A stretch of 64,000 nt of DNA, from NCBI RefSeq assembly GCF_009914755.1, contig NC_060925.1; one strand, written 5' to 3'. Positions 44,929-59,433 of this stretch are shown in pieces. Position 1 is the first letter of the stretch. Each line of letters opens with the position of its first letter. A model generated the notes under the pieces. It saw nothing but the letters and a program-made list of their open reading frames with translations. It was not told the DNA's origin and did no database searches. The stretch comes from the human T2T-CHM13v2.0 reference genome, Homo sapiens. Both the position numbers and the translations under genes were made by a program.

Positions 44929-45417
44929 TGCAATAGTTAATTTTTTGTGTTAGCTTGACTGGATGTCCAGATAGCTGGTAAAGCATTATTTTGGAGTATG
45001 TCTGTGAGATTGTTTCTGGAAGAGATTAGCATTTGAATCAGTAGGCTGAATAAAACAGATGACCCTCTCTAATTTAGGTGGGCTTCATTTAATTCAATGA
45101 ATTCCAGAATGGAATAGAAAGGCAGAGAGGATGAATTCTTCTCTCTCTCTGCTTGAGCTGGAACATCCACCTTCTCCTGTCCTTGGATCAGCACTTCTGG
45201 CACTTGGGACTTGGAACTCAGACCAAGACTTAACACAATTGGCTCTCTTGGTTCTCAGGCTCTTGAGCTTGGGCTGAAACTGTGTCACTCGCTTTCCTGG
45301 ACCTCCAGCTTGCTGACAGCAGATTGTGGGACTTCTTAGCCTTCATAATTGTGCAAGCCAATTCCTATTATATATATCACATTGATTCTGTTTCTCTGGA
45401 GAATCTTGGCTAATACA
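44929..45417 (+). mobile_element. MLT2B-like ERVL solo LTR
   Basis: TG...CA termini, 5-bp TSD TTAGC (44924-44928 / 45418-45422), and CCAGATAGCTGGTAAAGCATTATT motif. Confidence 0.9.
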
Positions 45418-46204
45418 TTAGCAAACAAGGTGATATTTAGCAAAGGCCATACATTGTATTTAGAAAGTTGCTGAAAAATCCATTAACTCTGCACTGTATC
45501 TTTCAATCTTCTTCTGAGCTATGAAATCCTAACAACTCAAATCAACATTCTCTCAGCCCTGTGTTAACACAGGAATTTCTCAGGGACTGAGGTCAGTGGT
45601 CCAGGAATTAAAATCGAGTAGGAAATAGCAACATATGGCTGTGGCCACTGGGTTGGAATGTGAATGTTAATAACACAGTACATTTGGTGCCTCGACAGGT
45701 AAGTTTTGTTCAGCATGATTCTGTTACTTTTGTCTCAGAAGGATGGCAACAAATGGATTCGAGAGAACAGTTTTCATACTGACTATCTCTCTCTACTCTT
45801 ACTGGTTCAAGCTCATTTTATGTATTGATTAGACTCTTTGAAACATCTTCCTAAATGATCTCTCTGCTTTCTTAATACCTTTAGAATAATTTGTACTCTA
45901 TGCTACAAGAATTACGATATTTGACTTGACTTGTTCCCAGAGACATTTCAGTATCTTTGTATAGTTTATATGATAAAACCTAAATTCCTTTACTGGCTTA
46001 TGACCCATTTATGGCTCAGCCAATGCCTCCGTGTTCAGCCTCATGTCCTGCCACTTTTCATTCCTGAGTTTCAGCCAAGTTAAACCACCAGTAGGTCTTC
46101 AAAGATACTACCTTCTTTTATGCCTCCCCACACTAGCATAGTGCCAGCTCACCAATTCATCAAGAGCCAGCTGGCCAGCAATATTGCACAAATCTTGGAA
46201 AAAG

Positions 46205-46445
46205 TCAGGGCATGAAGTCCAGACAGTCACGAGCTGGAATCCAGGCTCCACTACTGACTGGCTGCATGACCTGGAAGGAATTACTTAAGTCATTAACCAG
46301 CAGAATCCTCACCAGAAAGAATAACAATGGTATCTACATTATAAGAATTATGGAAGAATCAAAGAGTGAATGTATGTAAAACTCACAGTACAGTGCCTGG
46401 CACTTAGTAAGGACTCAAAGTATTAGATGTGACCATATTATTAGT
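46205..46445 (+). mobile_element. MIR
   Basis: GAATCCAGGCTCCACTACTGACTGGCTGCATGACCT...ACAGTGCCTGGCACTTAGTAAG. Confidence 0.8.
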
Positions 46446-47739
46446 AATTTTTAATCATTCTTTTATGCCTCTCCTAGGTCCAGATAAGTGGTCTATCAGC
46501 CATATTCCCAGACACTTGCTGTAATTGTTTGAAAGTCTGTCTCCTCGTACAGGCTCTGCAGGATGTGTGCGTCTCACATGGAAGCCTCAGGACCTGTCTT
46601 TGAATGAATTCGTGAGGAAATGGAAAACTTCTCTCTACTGCTCCTGTAAATGCAGAATAAGCTACATTTTTTTTCACACCCATTGCAACTCGGTGAGAAT
46701 TCCTTATGACAGTTTATAGCACATTATCAATCTCCTCTTTATTGGAAAATGGGCTTTAAATTTTTTTCAAGAATATGTGAAGGACAGCTAATGAGCCCAT
46801 GTTTCACTGATTTGAATCACATACACTGCTTTCTATAAAATAATTATTTTTTACAGCGCATTTTAGCAAACTACATGGTATCTTTGTCTTGGAAATGATG
46901 GTGTTCTTTTGTTTTTATTTAGTCATTTTCTCGAATCTTCCTTCCTGTTACTTATTACTACATTCTATTTAACTCTACTGTTTGCTTTAGCTGTTGTTAT
47001 ATCTTTCTATCATGTGTTTCAATCAAGTGGGGTGAGGTTTGTAGAAAAATAAGGTTAAAGTGAGCCTTAGAAGACAAACACAGTAGCCATGGTTTGAGAA
47101 TGGCTAATCCACCATCTTGAGACAAAAGTTGACTTTCTTTTTAATTTAATTCCATTAATATATAATAATACATGTAATAAAAATGTAATTTTTATTGTAA
47201 AAAGGAAACCACAGAGACACTGAAGCTCCCTAGAACTCTCAGATCCTTTTCTATGCTATGTTTGTACATGTATGCATATTGTATATGCATATTTATTTTT
47301 AATCATTTTTGACACTGAATTCATAATATGTTTTCTGAGTTTTTAATATGCAACACTATCATTTGGAAATCTTTCCATGTTAGTAAGTATATAACTCTTA
47401 GTTTTTTAACTTTTGTGTAGTATTCCATAATATGGCTACACTGTGATTTATTGGCCATCTATTCTTGGTAGACATTTATGTTAGTTCCATTTTTTACACT
47501 GTTGCAAACAGGGCTGCAATAATAACATTTCTAATTTTGTCTCCTTTTATAAGGGATCTACATTTCTCTTGGAGTTCATGCTCAGAATTTGAGTTTCTAT
47601 GTCTCATTGTTTGGATTTAAGAAAATGTAAATGTATTCAATTATTTTTTAATAAGAATACAATCATGTAGTACAAAACTCAGAAGTTATAAAAGGGTATT
47701 AAGAAATCTGCATTTTCTGCTTTCTCAAGCTTGGAACAT

Positions 47740-48045
47740 TTACCCCTGTGGAGCTGAGACAACAAGGAGTCCAGCCCATAGGGAGAAGATATGTGGAGAA
47801 CCAAGGTGTTCTAGTCAACAGTCCCAGATGAACTGCCAGGTGACAGTCAGAACCAGCCACCAGTCATATGAGTGGGCCATCATGAGTGCTCCAGCCTACT
47901 CAGATCCCCAGATGACTGTAGCCCAGCTCCCACCTCCAGATGAACCACCCTGCTGAGCCCCATCAACTCTCAGAATCATGAGAAATAATAAACCATTGTT
48001 ATTTCAAGCTGCTAGGTTCTAGAGTGATTTTTTCCCCTGCAACCT
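47740..48045 (+). mobile_element. MaLR LTR (MLT1H/I-like) within L1ME remnants
   Basis: GAACCACCCTGCTGAGCCCATCAACTCTCAGAATCATGAGAAATAATAAACCATTGTTATTTCAAGC. Confidence 0.75.
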
Positions 48046-48358
48046 AAGAGTATAGAGACTCAAGATGCCCTAAATATATGCTGTAAGAGTGATTTTTAAT
48101 TGAATAATAAAAATGTTTAAAATATTATCTCAGCATAATTTTAATTCCCATTTTTATTATGAATGGAGTTGAGCATATTTTCATATTTCAGTGTTTTTAA
48201 TGAAGTTGTATTAAAGTTGAGCCACCACTGGCTTAATTGTGACAAATATCTCTCCTCCTCACTCCCCATGAAATATACCTCAGTTATTTTTTTTTTTTAG
48301 TCCCCAGAAGATTACCTCCCACAAAAACCTTCACCCCGCAGTCATCAAGCAGTATCTT

Positions 48359-48490
48359 CCCCAGGCTGGAGTGCAGTGACATGATCTTGGCTCACTGCAA
48401 CCTCCACCTCCCAGCCTCAAGTGATTCTCCAGCCTCAGCCTCCTGAGTAGCTGGGACAACAGGCATGTACCATCACACTCAGCTGCTCTT
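48359..48490 (-). mobile_element. Alu right-arm fragment
   Basis: CCCAGGCTGGAGTGCAGTG...GTAGCTGGGAC, without tail or left arm. Confidence 0.85.
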
Positions 48491-48905
48491 TTCTGTTTTA
48501 TGCCTTCCCTCTAACATGGCTTGTGAAATCCCAGGAAGAAGTCTAAGTATTGCTACTGCCATGCACTTTTTTTATCCTACCCAGGCCCAAAACTTTTCTA
48601 CTGCTTATAAAATAAAATCTATGCTTATCAATAGTTGATAACATTACTGGGAAGGCTTGGAGGAGGGTTATTAGCACTAACAGCTTTAGGGCTCTAGCTC
48701 TGCCAGCCATGGAGTCCCTGTGAATTTAGAGAGCTCAAAGTGGATTAATTCAATGCTCTCATTTTAGATATAAGACAACTGCTCCTAGCCAGATTGAGAT
48801 ATTGATTCATTGTTACAAAATAAGTCAGTGGTAATTTTAGGATTAGGGTGAGGATCTTGACTTCAATATTCTATACATTGGCTACCTATAATTGTGAGTA
48901 AACTA

Positions 48906-49314
<409 letters not shown>

Positions 49315-49394
49315 TTAACTATAAAAAAATTTTTGAGTAAACCTTTTTATATTTTACTTTTCGTTCTGTCATAGAAAGTCTCCAATAGCCTTTG

Positions 49395-49790
49395 TTCAGT
49401 ATTATTTGGCACTCTTGGTTACACGTGACAGAAACTTAACTCAGACTAGCTTAAACATAAGATAAATATGTTGGCTCCAGTAACTGAAAAGTCCCTGCAT
49501 GGTGGGATTCCAATGCCCAAAATGTATTGTCAGGGCTCTGTTTGTTTTCATCTCTCAGTTTTGCTTTTAGCTCTTGGCTACATTCCCAGGCTGGCTCTTT
49601 CTATGAGACATAAAGAAAGCTACCAAGAGCTTCAGTTTTATACAGTCTTTTTACCTCACAATCTCCTGATGGCCTTCTTGGGTCACATGACCTTCCATGA
49701 ATCAAATATCATAGCTAAGGAGATGAAATACTCTGCCTGGGCCTGGGTTATAAGCCCACCCTTGGGACCTGGAGCAAGGGCAGAGCAATA
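49395..49790 (-). mobile_element. MaLR LTR (MLT1K/L-like)
   Basis: CTCTTGGTTACACGTGACAGAAACTTAACTCAGACTAGCTTAAAC...GGGTCACATG. Confidence 0.7.
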
Positions 49791-50264
49791 TCACACCTAA
49801 GTTATGCTGAGTGAACTGGGTAATTGCAACATAGGGGAGACATGGTATCCATGTAAAAGGGTATGAAGCAGACAAACAAGGAGTTGTCTACTACCTGTAT
49901 TAATATTTATCCAGTCCCCTTTCTACTAGATATGACATTAATAAAACCTGGTACTTCGTTGAAGTTTCTGAACTTTTGTGGATAAGATTTCTTAACTAAA
50001 ACCTTATAAGGCAACTTAATTACCAATTCAGGTTTTGGATGGTCTCTGCCCCTTGTTCTGGGTGAGGCAAGAGTAGGAAAATGATTCATGCCGGTGGACA
50101 GCTGGTACTACTCAGATTCTTGAGTGAGCGTCTGCATTTAACTGAACAGTTACGTAAACACACAATTTACATAACCATATGCAGCAGTCCTGATCATCAC
50201 TTTCCAGTATCCTGAGGGTTAAATAGTCTTAAAACCAAAATTGTCATTTTTACAGCATTTTTAA

Positions 50265-51130
50265 AAAATTAGCTTTATTGAAATATAATTTTGTAAAATA
50301 CAATTTACTCACTTTAGACAGTATCAGTCTCATGAGATTTAACATGTAGCAACCCCCATCCTCAAGATATAGAACATTTCCATCAGCCTGAAAGTTTCCC
50401 TCGTGCTCAGTCAACCGTTTTTGCCCATGTTGGCTTTTAGCTATCTCTCACTTGTTTTCTGTCACTATAGTTTTACCTATTAGAGAATTTTATATACGAG
50501 AAAACATGTGGTCTTTCATAAAGGATTTCTTTCACTTAGTATGATACTTTTAAAATGCAAATATATTGTTGTGTGTACTTGTAGTCTGCACTGTATTATA
50601 TGGATATACCACAATTTGGGTATTCACCAGTTGATAGTCATTTGGATTCTTTCCAGCTTTTGGCTATTATGAATAAAGCTGCTATGAACATTCACTTACA
50701 ACTTTTTATGTGAGACATATGTTTTTATTCCTCTCAGGTAAGTATGTAGCAGTGGAATTGTTCAATTGTAAGGTAAATATATAATTAACTTTATAAGAAA
50801 CTTCCAAACTCTTTTCCAAAGTGTCTGTGCCATTTTGCATCCAACCAGTAGCATATGAGATTTCCACATGCTGCACATGTCTATCAACACTGGGTGTTAT
50901 CAGATTTTTAATCGCAGCTGCTCTAGGGAATGTATTGATATTTCATGGTGGTTTCAGTTTTCATTTCCTTAGTTAGACTAAGGACATTAGTCCTCATAAC
51001 TATTGATGTGAGCATATTTCAATGGCTTATTGGCCACTTACATATCTTCTTTGGTGAAATGTCTTCAAATCTTTTCCCTTTTTAAAATTAGATTGTTTGC
51101 TTTATTATTGAGTTGAAAATTTGCTTTATT
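50265..51130 (-). mobile_element. Old L1 (L1MB/MD-type) 3' portion
   Basis: AGCTTTATTGAAATATAATTT...TTTTGGCTATTATGAATAAAGCTGCTATGAACATTCAC. Confidence 0.85.
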
Positions 51131-51859
51131 AAAGACTTCTCTATTTAGCCTCACATATGTCTTCACTTGATGGGAGACGAAACAGAACAATGACTATTTA
51201 TCCCCAGTTCTCTGTAGGGGGAGAAACATATTTTCCCTTGCCTTCATGGTGCCCTACATAGAGGCAGCTCACCTAGAGTTGCCTTTCTGCCTCTTTGCCT
51301 GTCCCTTCACCAAGAGGGTGAGTTTAAAGAGCTAGCTGATTGGTGAATTTGGGAAAGTTTGTGAGTGAGTTCAGTGAAGCTCTTGGCTCTGGGATTTGTT
51401 GTGTGCAGGGACTGTGTCATTTCTCCTCCTTTCCACTTTAATCATATCTTAGCCTGTGGTTTTCCAGCCACTGCATGTGCCTGGGAGGTTTCATTCAATT
51501 CAGAAGATCCTAAGAAGCCCATTTGGTCTTTACACTAAGCTTTACCAAAACTCAGCTTTTCTGGCAAATTCATTATGGGAGTGATTATTCCATTATCTTT
51601 GTCAAATAATGTTACGCAATCAAGGGAATGATTATCGTATCATATTCATACATCTCAACCATACTGATGGGAAGGGGATCACACAGGGCAGGTAGACCAG
51701 GAAATGGGGATATTGGAGGCCTACCCAGTACCTTATACCACAAGAATAAGAAACTATCTGTACTCAGGACAGAAAGATACATGTAAGAATCTGCTTTTTA
51801 AGGGGTTTTAGGTGCACACAAGCAAATTACAGATGGTGCATATCTTTAAGAACTCAAAG

Positions 51860-52288
51860 TGTGTTAGGCTGTTCTCTCATTGCTATAAAGAAATACCCAA
51901 GGCTGGGTAATTTATAAAGAAAAGAGGTTAAACTGACTCACGGTTCTGCAGGCTGTACAGGAAGTATGATGCTGGCATCTGCTCAGCTTCTGGGGAGGCC
52001 TCAGGAAACTTACAATCATGGTGGAAGGTGAAGGGGGAGCAGGCATGTCGCATGGTGAAAGAAGGAGCAAAAAAGTGCAAGGGGGGAGGTGTCACACAGT
52101 TTAAAATGACCAGATCTCACAAGAACTCACTCACTATTGCAGGGACAGTGCCAAGGGAGATGGTACTAAACCATTCATGAGAAATTCACCACCATCATCC
52201 AGTCACCTCCCAACAGGCCCTACCTCCAACATTGGAAATTACGTTTCAATATAAGATTTGGGCAGGAACACACATCCAAACTATATCT
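51860..52288 (-). mobile_element. MSTA-like MaLR solo LTR
   Basis: TTGCTATAAAGAAATACC...CTTCTGGGGAGGCCTCAGGAAACTTACAATCATGG...CACATCCAAACTATATC; degenerate TSD CAAAG/CCAAG. Confidence 0.92.
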
Positions 52289-52835
52289 CCAAGGTAACAT
52301 AGATCCCACTTCAACTCCTGGTTTTGGAAATGACCAAAAACCGAGATATTAAAACAGTGACAGAAGACTTCTTTTAGGGCCTAATTTTCCTATTTAATAA
52401 ATATTCCATATTTATATTCATGTAATCATTATCTAACTGCACATTTTTGCCCTCTTTGCCAGTATTTCTAACATCCATTATCCTCCTTGCTTCACCATTC
52501 CTGTACGTTTATACTTCTATTCTTTATTTCTTTTTCATAGAAATCTTGTAATATCTGCCCTGGGACTTCTGAAATCTATTTTTATACCAAACGATTCAAG
52601 ATGGATAATTTCTAAGGATCCATGTGTTCAACCTAGAGTTTGGCAGATCTCTAGGGAACAGATTACAACACACCACCAAAGTCCAAACTGAAAACTCAAT
52701 TTCTCCCAGACTGATGACTCACAATCTGGCTACATATGGGGCACCTGCTGACCAGTTTCTCTGTTGCAGGTTCCCAGGCAGGTTACCTTCAGGAGTCTGT
52801 CAGTTCTGTTAAAATGAGCCCCAGTCACTTCTTTG

Positions 52836-52961
52836 AGGGTGACCAGACATCCTGGTTTTCTCAGAACCATCTCAATTTATGACTATTTTTCTGGTATAAT
52901 TATTCCCTATGCACTTTTCACTCTCAAAAGTGTCGCAGTTTGGACAATATATGGTCACTCT
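52836..52961 (-). mobile_element. MER94 (hAT-Blackjack MITE)
   Basis: TIRs AGGGTGACCA / TGGTCACTCT and internal TTTCACTCTCAAAAGTGTC. Confidence 0.85.
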
Positions 52962-54005
52962 ATGATGCGTTGAACTATACATTCCAAATTAGAACAGTAC
53001 TTCATGCACACACATGCACACACACACACACTAAAATAGTAAATGTAAGTATTTATTAAATTCAAACTCAGCTTATGTGCAAAATTCAAATTGTTTGACA
53101 AATTTGACTCTATGCTTTCTGAATTCCATTATGCATTTTATGGGCTTAGTTCTATAGTTAATAATAAAGTTTTTTAATTAAAAAATTTACAAGCCTACCA
53201 GTATTTCTGTCTACCCAAACTAAGATAATCAAGTAATGTATTCTGAAACTATGAATATATCAATAATAAATATTAATGGAGCCCCACTTTTCAATGCTAT
53301 TATGGTGTAGAAGACCAGAAATGCTCTGCCATGATCTGTGATTCTAAAGACAATTATAGATCATAATAAGGTTGAGAAGGGAAAAGAGAACGAGAGGAGA
53401 CACTGAAGAGGTAAGTTAAAATGGAAGACATAGGCATATCTAGGTCATAGAAAACTGTGGATGCAAATCCTGGCAGCAAATAATTAAGAGGTAATACCCT
53501 TCAAGTACCTACATGGATAAGTTCACCCAAGCAGCTGAGGTCAAACATCAGGTAAAGAATCCAGGACGAAGAATATAGAAATGCCACAGAAATCAAGTAA
53601 AATCCAATGATGATTCATTCATCTTTCCAAACTTAACTGATTATTTTCCTTCCCACTCTGGTAGAAAAAAATTCCTGATTGTTATAGGACGAAATACTTG
53701 CTAAGGAAGGTAACTGAAGGCAGATGACCTGGTTTGAAGTGTAGGTCAGGGAGCAGGCACTATTTTTACTGGAGACAGTGTCTGGAGTGGCTTTATTTAC
53801 AGAATGTACTTTTAACAAATATTAGAGTAATGTTATGCTTCAGGTTTTGTGCTATGTGGTGGATGCAAAATTGAGAGGAAAAGAAGAAAACTACCATAAT
53901 GATAATAAACAATAAGATCACTTCTCTTAAGGAGCTTATTGTCTAGTCCTTTAACTATAGATTTCATTCTGTTGTTAAATATACATTTCAAATTGTACTA
54001 TATTG

Positions 54006-54896
54006 ATTGAATAATCATGATACTTTTTTATTACTTTTATGTCTAGTTAATTATTTAGAAAATCTTTAGAATTTTTGGGGGGCAACAGATCTGTTTTGGT
54101 CATTGTCCTTCGTGTTAGGACTAATGCCTGAGAATCTCTCATTGTGAGCTAAAGCTCTAAAATGATATTTAAGCACATTCTAAATATAAGCACAATGCTG
54201 TATTATTGGGTGAAAATGTTCATTTTCAAGAGACTTTTTTTTCCAAAAAGCACCAGACAATTACACATTCATTGCTTTCCTTAAGTGCTATCAGTTACAT
54301 AGCCGCCACATAGTATTTCAACATGAGGTTAATTGCAGCTAAAGAAAAGTTTATGATTAGTCCAGACAGGTATTTTTCTTCATTGTCTAATACCATAAAT
54401 CCATTAAATTCCTATCCATCTTGTCATCCTCTCCTTGAAGACTTGGTTATATGACCTGCAATACTAGTTCAGTTTCGTGATTATAATTGTGATTGGCAGA
54501 GAGCTTTCAGAGTTGCAATAAATTTTGCTACAGGCAGAGAGGGATTTGGTACCACCCCGATTCCACTGTGAAATCTGAATTTTCAACTATCTTATTACTG
54601 GTGAACAGTCTCATTTGCAGGAAAGAAACAAAGCAATGAATGTGAATTGTTTGGAACTTTTTGGGGAAAAAAAGAGCTCATAAAAATAAACATTTTCACC
54701 AAATAATACAACATTGTGTTTATCTTTATAATGTGCTTAAAATACTATTTTAGAGCTTTAACTTACAATGCCAGATTCTCAAGCATTAGTCCCAGCACCA
54801 AGGACAGTGACCAAAACATATTCATTACCCCCCAAATTTTTGCTAAATAATTAACTGGGCATATAAATCATAAGAAAGGTATCATGCTTATCCAAT
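54006..54896. repeat. Long inverted repeat, arms 54006-54278 and 54630-54896
   Basis: Arms align as reverse complements at roughly 80% by eye, with a 351 bp spacer. Confidence 0.95.
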
Positions 54897-55162
54897 TCTT
54901 CCGGCTTTAATAATTCCAGAAATTTGCCTTGGAGGACAAGGTTTGAAGTAGCTTGTAGATATGTGGCTTGTCTTCTTATTATTTGTCACTAAAGCATACC
55001 ACTGTCCTTAACCCTGTATTCTGGAATTATCCTGTGTCCTAGGATTGTTTTTCAGATTATTTTCACAGCCCACAGATAATCCTGGGATATAGGGGAGGCA
55101 GTAGGATGCTTGTCAGTAGAAGTGGTCAACACAGTTTCCTCTGCTCTATTTTTTTCTTTCAT

Positions 55163-55367
55163 AAAGCATATTTCAGGGACTTTCTGGGGTATGTGCATTC
55201 ATGTGTGTGCATATGTGTGTTTATAAACAAGTAGCCCACATGCCCATGATAGATGTATTCAAAAAGCATATTTCAAAAAGCATATCTCAGGGACTTTCTG
55301 GTGTATGTGTATCCATGTGTGTGCATGTGTGTGTTTATAAACAAGCATGCTCATGATACATGTATTC
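55163..55367 (+). repeat. ~100 bp tandem duplication
   Basis: AAAGCATAT(T/C)TCAGGGACTTTCTGG...TTTATAAACAAG...CATGATA(G/C)ATGTATTC occurs twice. Confidence 0.95.
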
Positions 55368-56437
55368 CTCCTTGAAATTTCAGTTGTTGACATGCTGGAA
55401 AAATTGGGTACATAAATTATTTCTGCCCCTAGGCACTTTAACTTGGACGGCCAGCACTTACTCCGCTGGTCACCATAGGTCTCCCTGTCCTTGGCAGCAT
55501 TACAGGGGTAATATTTTTTAACATGGATGAACAGCTCTTGAAAATTTCTCCAATGTATTAAGCATGAACAAGCCTTTCTTCAACATCAGACTTGCATGTC
55601 TTCCCTTCACATTTATTTCTCTACAACAAACATATTTATTGGGGCCATTATGAGAAAAATCTCCCTCTCCATAAATGTTTGTCTTCCCCTTTGTCCCTTT
55701 TATAAGATCGTGAAGAAATGATGGAGGGTCTTGTTGGGTGGTTGTGTGTGTGCCTGTATGCTTTTTTTTTTTTTTTCCTCTGGGGAACTCCCTTTTATTG
55801 CACGACTGGCATAAAGTCTTTTTTTTTAAGCCAGACACTAGGTTTTGGTTGTTTGCTTTGGAGTGAGAAACGGGCTAAGTGACAAAATAGGAGATAAGCA
55901 GGACTTAAGAGGTAAATGAAAAATGGAGTATTCCCTGTAACAGCATTTGCCAAACATTTCTCCATTTACTGCACCCATTAGTGTCACTAAAGTGTACCTA
56001 GGTGATACTGTTGTCACTGATCATGCTCTAGCCAAGGAGCTGCCTAGGAGCAGTTTCAATTGTGGAAGCGAGCTAAATGAATACTGAGATATTAATTAAT
56101 TTTTCAAAATTTTTATGGTTCTACATAAAGTCAATAGAAAAGTAATCAAATTTTCTGACAATCACCAAGAGCAGTTATTTCTGTGGTACGGGACAATACT
56201 GCTCAGATGGCCTGATGTGTGTTTCACAGTGTCTGGGTTCATAATTAAAATAAAATTTAGGGTACATTTGAATCTTGTTTGTGTGAATAATGATCGTTTA
56301 AGATTCTGTGGAATCTAGGATGCAGCTGGACAATATAAGGATGAGTTTTACACTGTGGCCTTAGGGAATAAAGAAAGCTATTACTATAATTACAGGCATA
56401 CCTTGGAGATATTGTGGATTTGGTTCTAGACCACCAC

Positions 56438-57113
<676 letters not shown>

Positions 57114-57399
57114 ACCACAATGAAGCAAATATCACAATAAAGCAGGTCATGTAAACTTTTTTGTTTCCCAGTGCGAATAAAGTTATATTTACACTATACT
57201 GTGGTCTATTAAGTATGCAATATCATCATGTCTAAAAAACGATGTACATACCTTAATTAAAAATACTTTATTGTTAAAAAAGGCAGACAGTCAATTGTTC
57301 CTTCGGCAAGTTGTGATCTTTCTGCTGATGGAAAGTCTTGCCTTGATGCTGATGACTTCTAACTGATCAGGGTGGTGGTTGTGGAAAGTTGGGGTGCCT

Positions 57400-59055
57400 G
57401 TGGCAATTTCTCAAAATAAGGCAAGAGTGAAGTTTACCTCATTGACTGACCCTTCTTTTAATGAAAGATTTCTCTGTTATATGCAATGATATTTGATAGC
57501 ATTTTACCAACAGCAGAACTTTGTTCAAAATTAGAGTCAATTTTCTCAAGCTCTGCTGCTGCATTATCAACTAAGTTTATGTAATATTCCAAATTCTTTC
57601 TCGCCATTTTAACAACGTTCGCAGCATCTTCACCAGGAATACATTTCCATCTCAAGAAAACATCTTTGCTCATCAATAAGAAGCAACACCTCGTCTATTC
57701 AAGTTTCATCATGAGACTGCAGCAATTCAGTCATATCTTCAGGCTCCATTTTTTTCTTCTTCTCTTGCTAGTTCCACCGCATCTGCATTTATTTTCTCTA
57801 CTGAACTCTTGAACCTTTCAAAGGCACCCATGAGAGTTGGAATCAGCTTCTTCCAAACTTTTGTTGATGTTGATATTTTGACAAGTTCCCATGAATCACA
57901 AATGTTCTTAATGGCATCTAAAATAGTTAATCCTTTCCAGATGTTTTTCCACTTACTTTGACCACATCCATCAGAGGAATCACTATCTATGGCAGCTAAA
58001 GCCTTATGAAATATATTTCTTAAGTAATATGACTTGAAAGTTAAAATTACCCCTTGATCCATGGTCTGCAGGATGGATGTTGTGTTAATAGGCATAAAAC
58101 AACATTAATCTCTTTGTACACATCTGTCAGAGCTGTTGGGTGACTAGGTGCATTGTCAAAACCAGTAATATTTAGAACAAAATATTTTCTTCTAAGCAAG
58201 AGATCTCAACTATGGACTTAAAAAATTCAGTAAACAATGTTGTAAGAAGATTTACTGTCGTCCAGGCTTTGTTGTTCCATTAATAAAGCACAGGCAGAGT
58301 AGATTTAGCATCATTCTTAAGAGCCCTAGGATTTTCAGAATGGTAAATGAACATTGATTTCACCTTAAAGTCACCAGCTGCATTCACCCCTAACAAGAGA
58401 GTCAGCCTGTCGTTTGAAGCCAGGCATCTACTTCTCCTCTCTAGCTATGAAATTCCAGATGGCATCTCCTTCCAATAGAAGGCTGTTCCATTTATATTGA
58501 AAATCTGTTGTTTCATGTAGCCACCTTCATTAATGACCTTAGCTAGATCTTCTGGATAAGTTGGATAACTTTCTGCAGCCTCTACATCAGCACTTGCTGC
58601 GTCACCTTGCACTTTTATGTTATGGTGACGGCTTCTTTCCTTAAACCTCATGAACCAACCTGTGCTAGCTTCCAACTATTCTTCTGCAGCCTGTCAATCT
58701 CTCTTAGGCTTAATGGAGTTGAAGAGAGTTAGGGTCTTGGTCTGGATTAGGCTATAGCTTAAGGGAATGCGGGAGCTGGTTTGATGTTCTCTCTAGGCTA
58801 CTCAAACTTTCTGTACATCAGCAATAAAGCTGTTTTACTTTTTTGTCATTTGTGTGTTCACTGGAGTAGCACTTTCAATTTCTTCAAGAACTTTTCCTTT
58901 GCATTCACCATTTGGCTATCTGTTTGGTGCAAGAAGTCTAACTGTTGGTTTATCTTGGCTTTCAACATGCCTTCCTCACTAAGCTTAATCTTTTCTAGCT
59001 TTTGATTTAAATAAACGTGCAACTCTTTCTTTCACTTGAACATTTAGAGGCAATT
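57400..59055 (-). pseudogene. Decayed Tigger1 (pogo/CENP-B family) transposase ORF
   Basis: Fragments [13 protein letters not shown] (CENPB-type HTH) and [24 protein letters not shown] (DDE_1 motif), broken by stops and frameshifts. Confidence 0.9.
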
Positions 59056-59433
59056 GTAGAATTATTAATTGGCCTAATTTTATGATTTTTGTGTCTCAGG
59101 AAATAAGAAAAGCCCAAGGAGAGAAAGAGAGATGGGGGAATAGCCTGACAGTGCAGCAGTCAGAACACACACATTATTAATTACGTTTGCTGCTTTATAT
59201 GAGCACAGCTAGTGGCACCCCAAAACAATTACAATAGCAACACCAAAAATCACTGATCACAGATCATCACAACAGATATTATAATAACAAACAAGTTTTT
59301 AATATTGTGAGAATTACCAAAATGAGACACAGAAACATGAAGTGAGTACATGCTGTTGGAAACAATGGCACCTATATACTTGTTCAATGCAGAGTTGCCA
59401 CAAACCTTCAATTTGTGGAAAAAAATGCAGTAT

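Noticed and set aside
57458-58675. Possible domesticated TIGD-type gene
   Set aside because: The transposase is split over several short frames and sits within intact TIRs, so it is a decayed Tigger1 copy.
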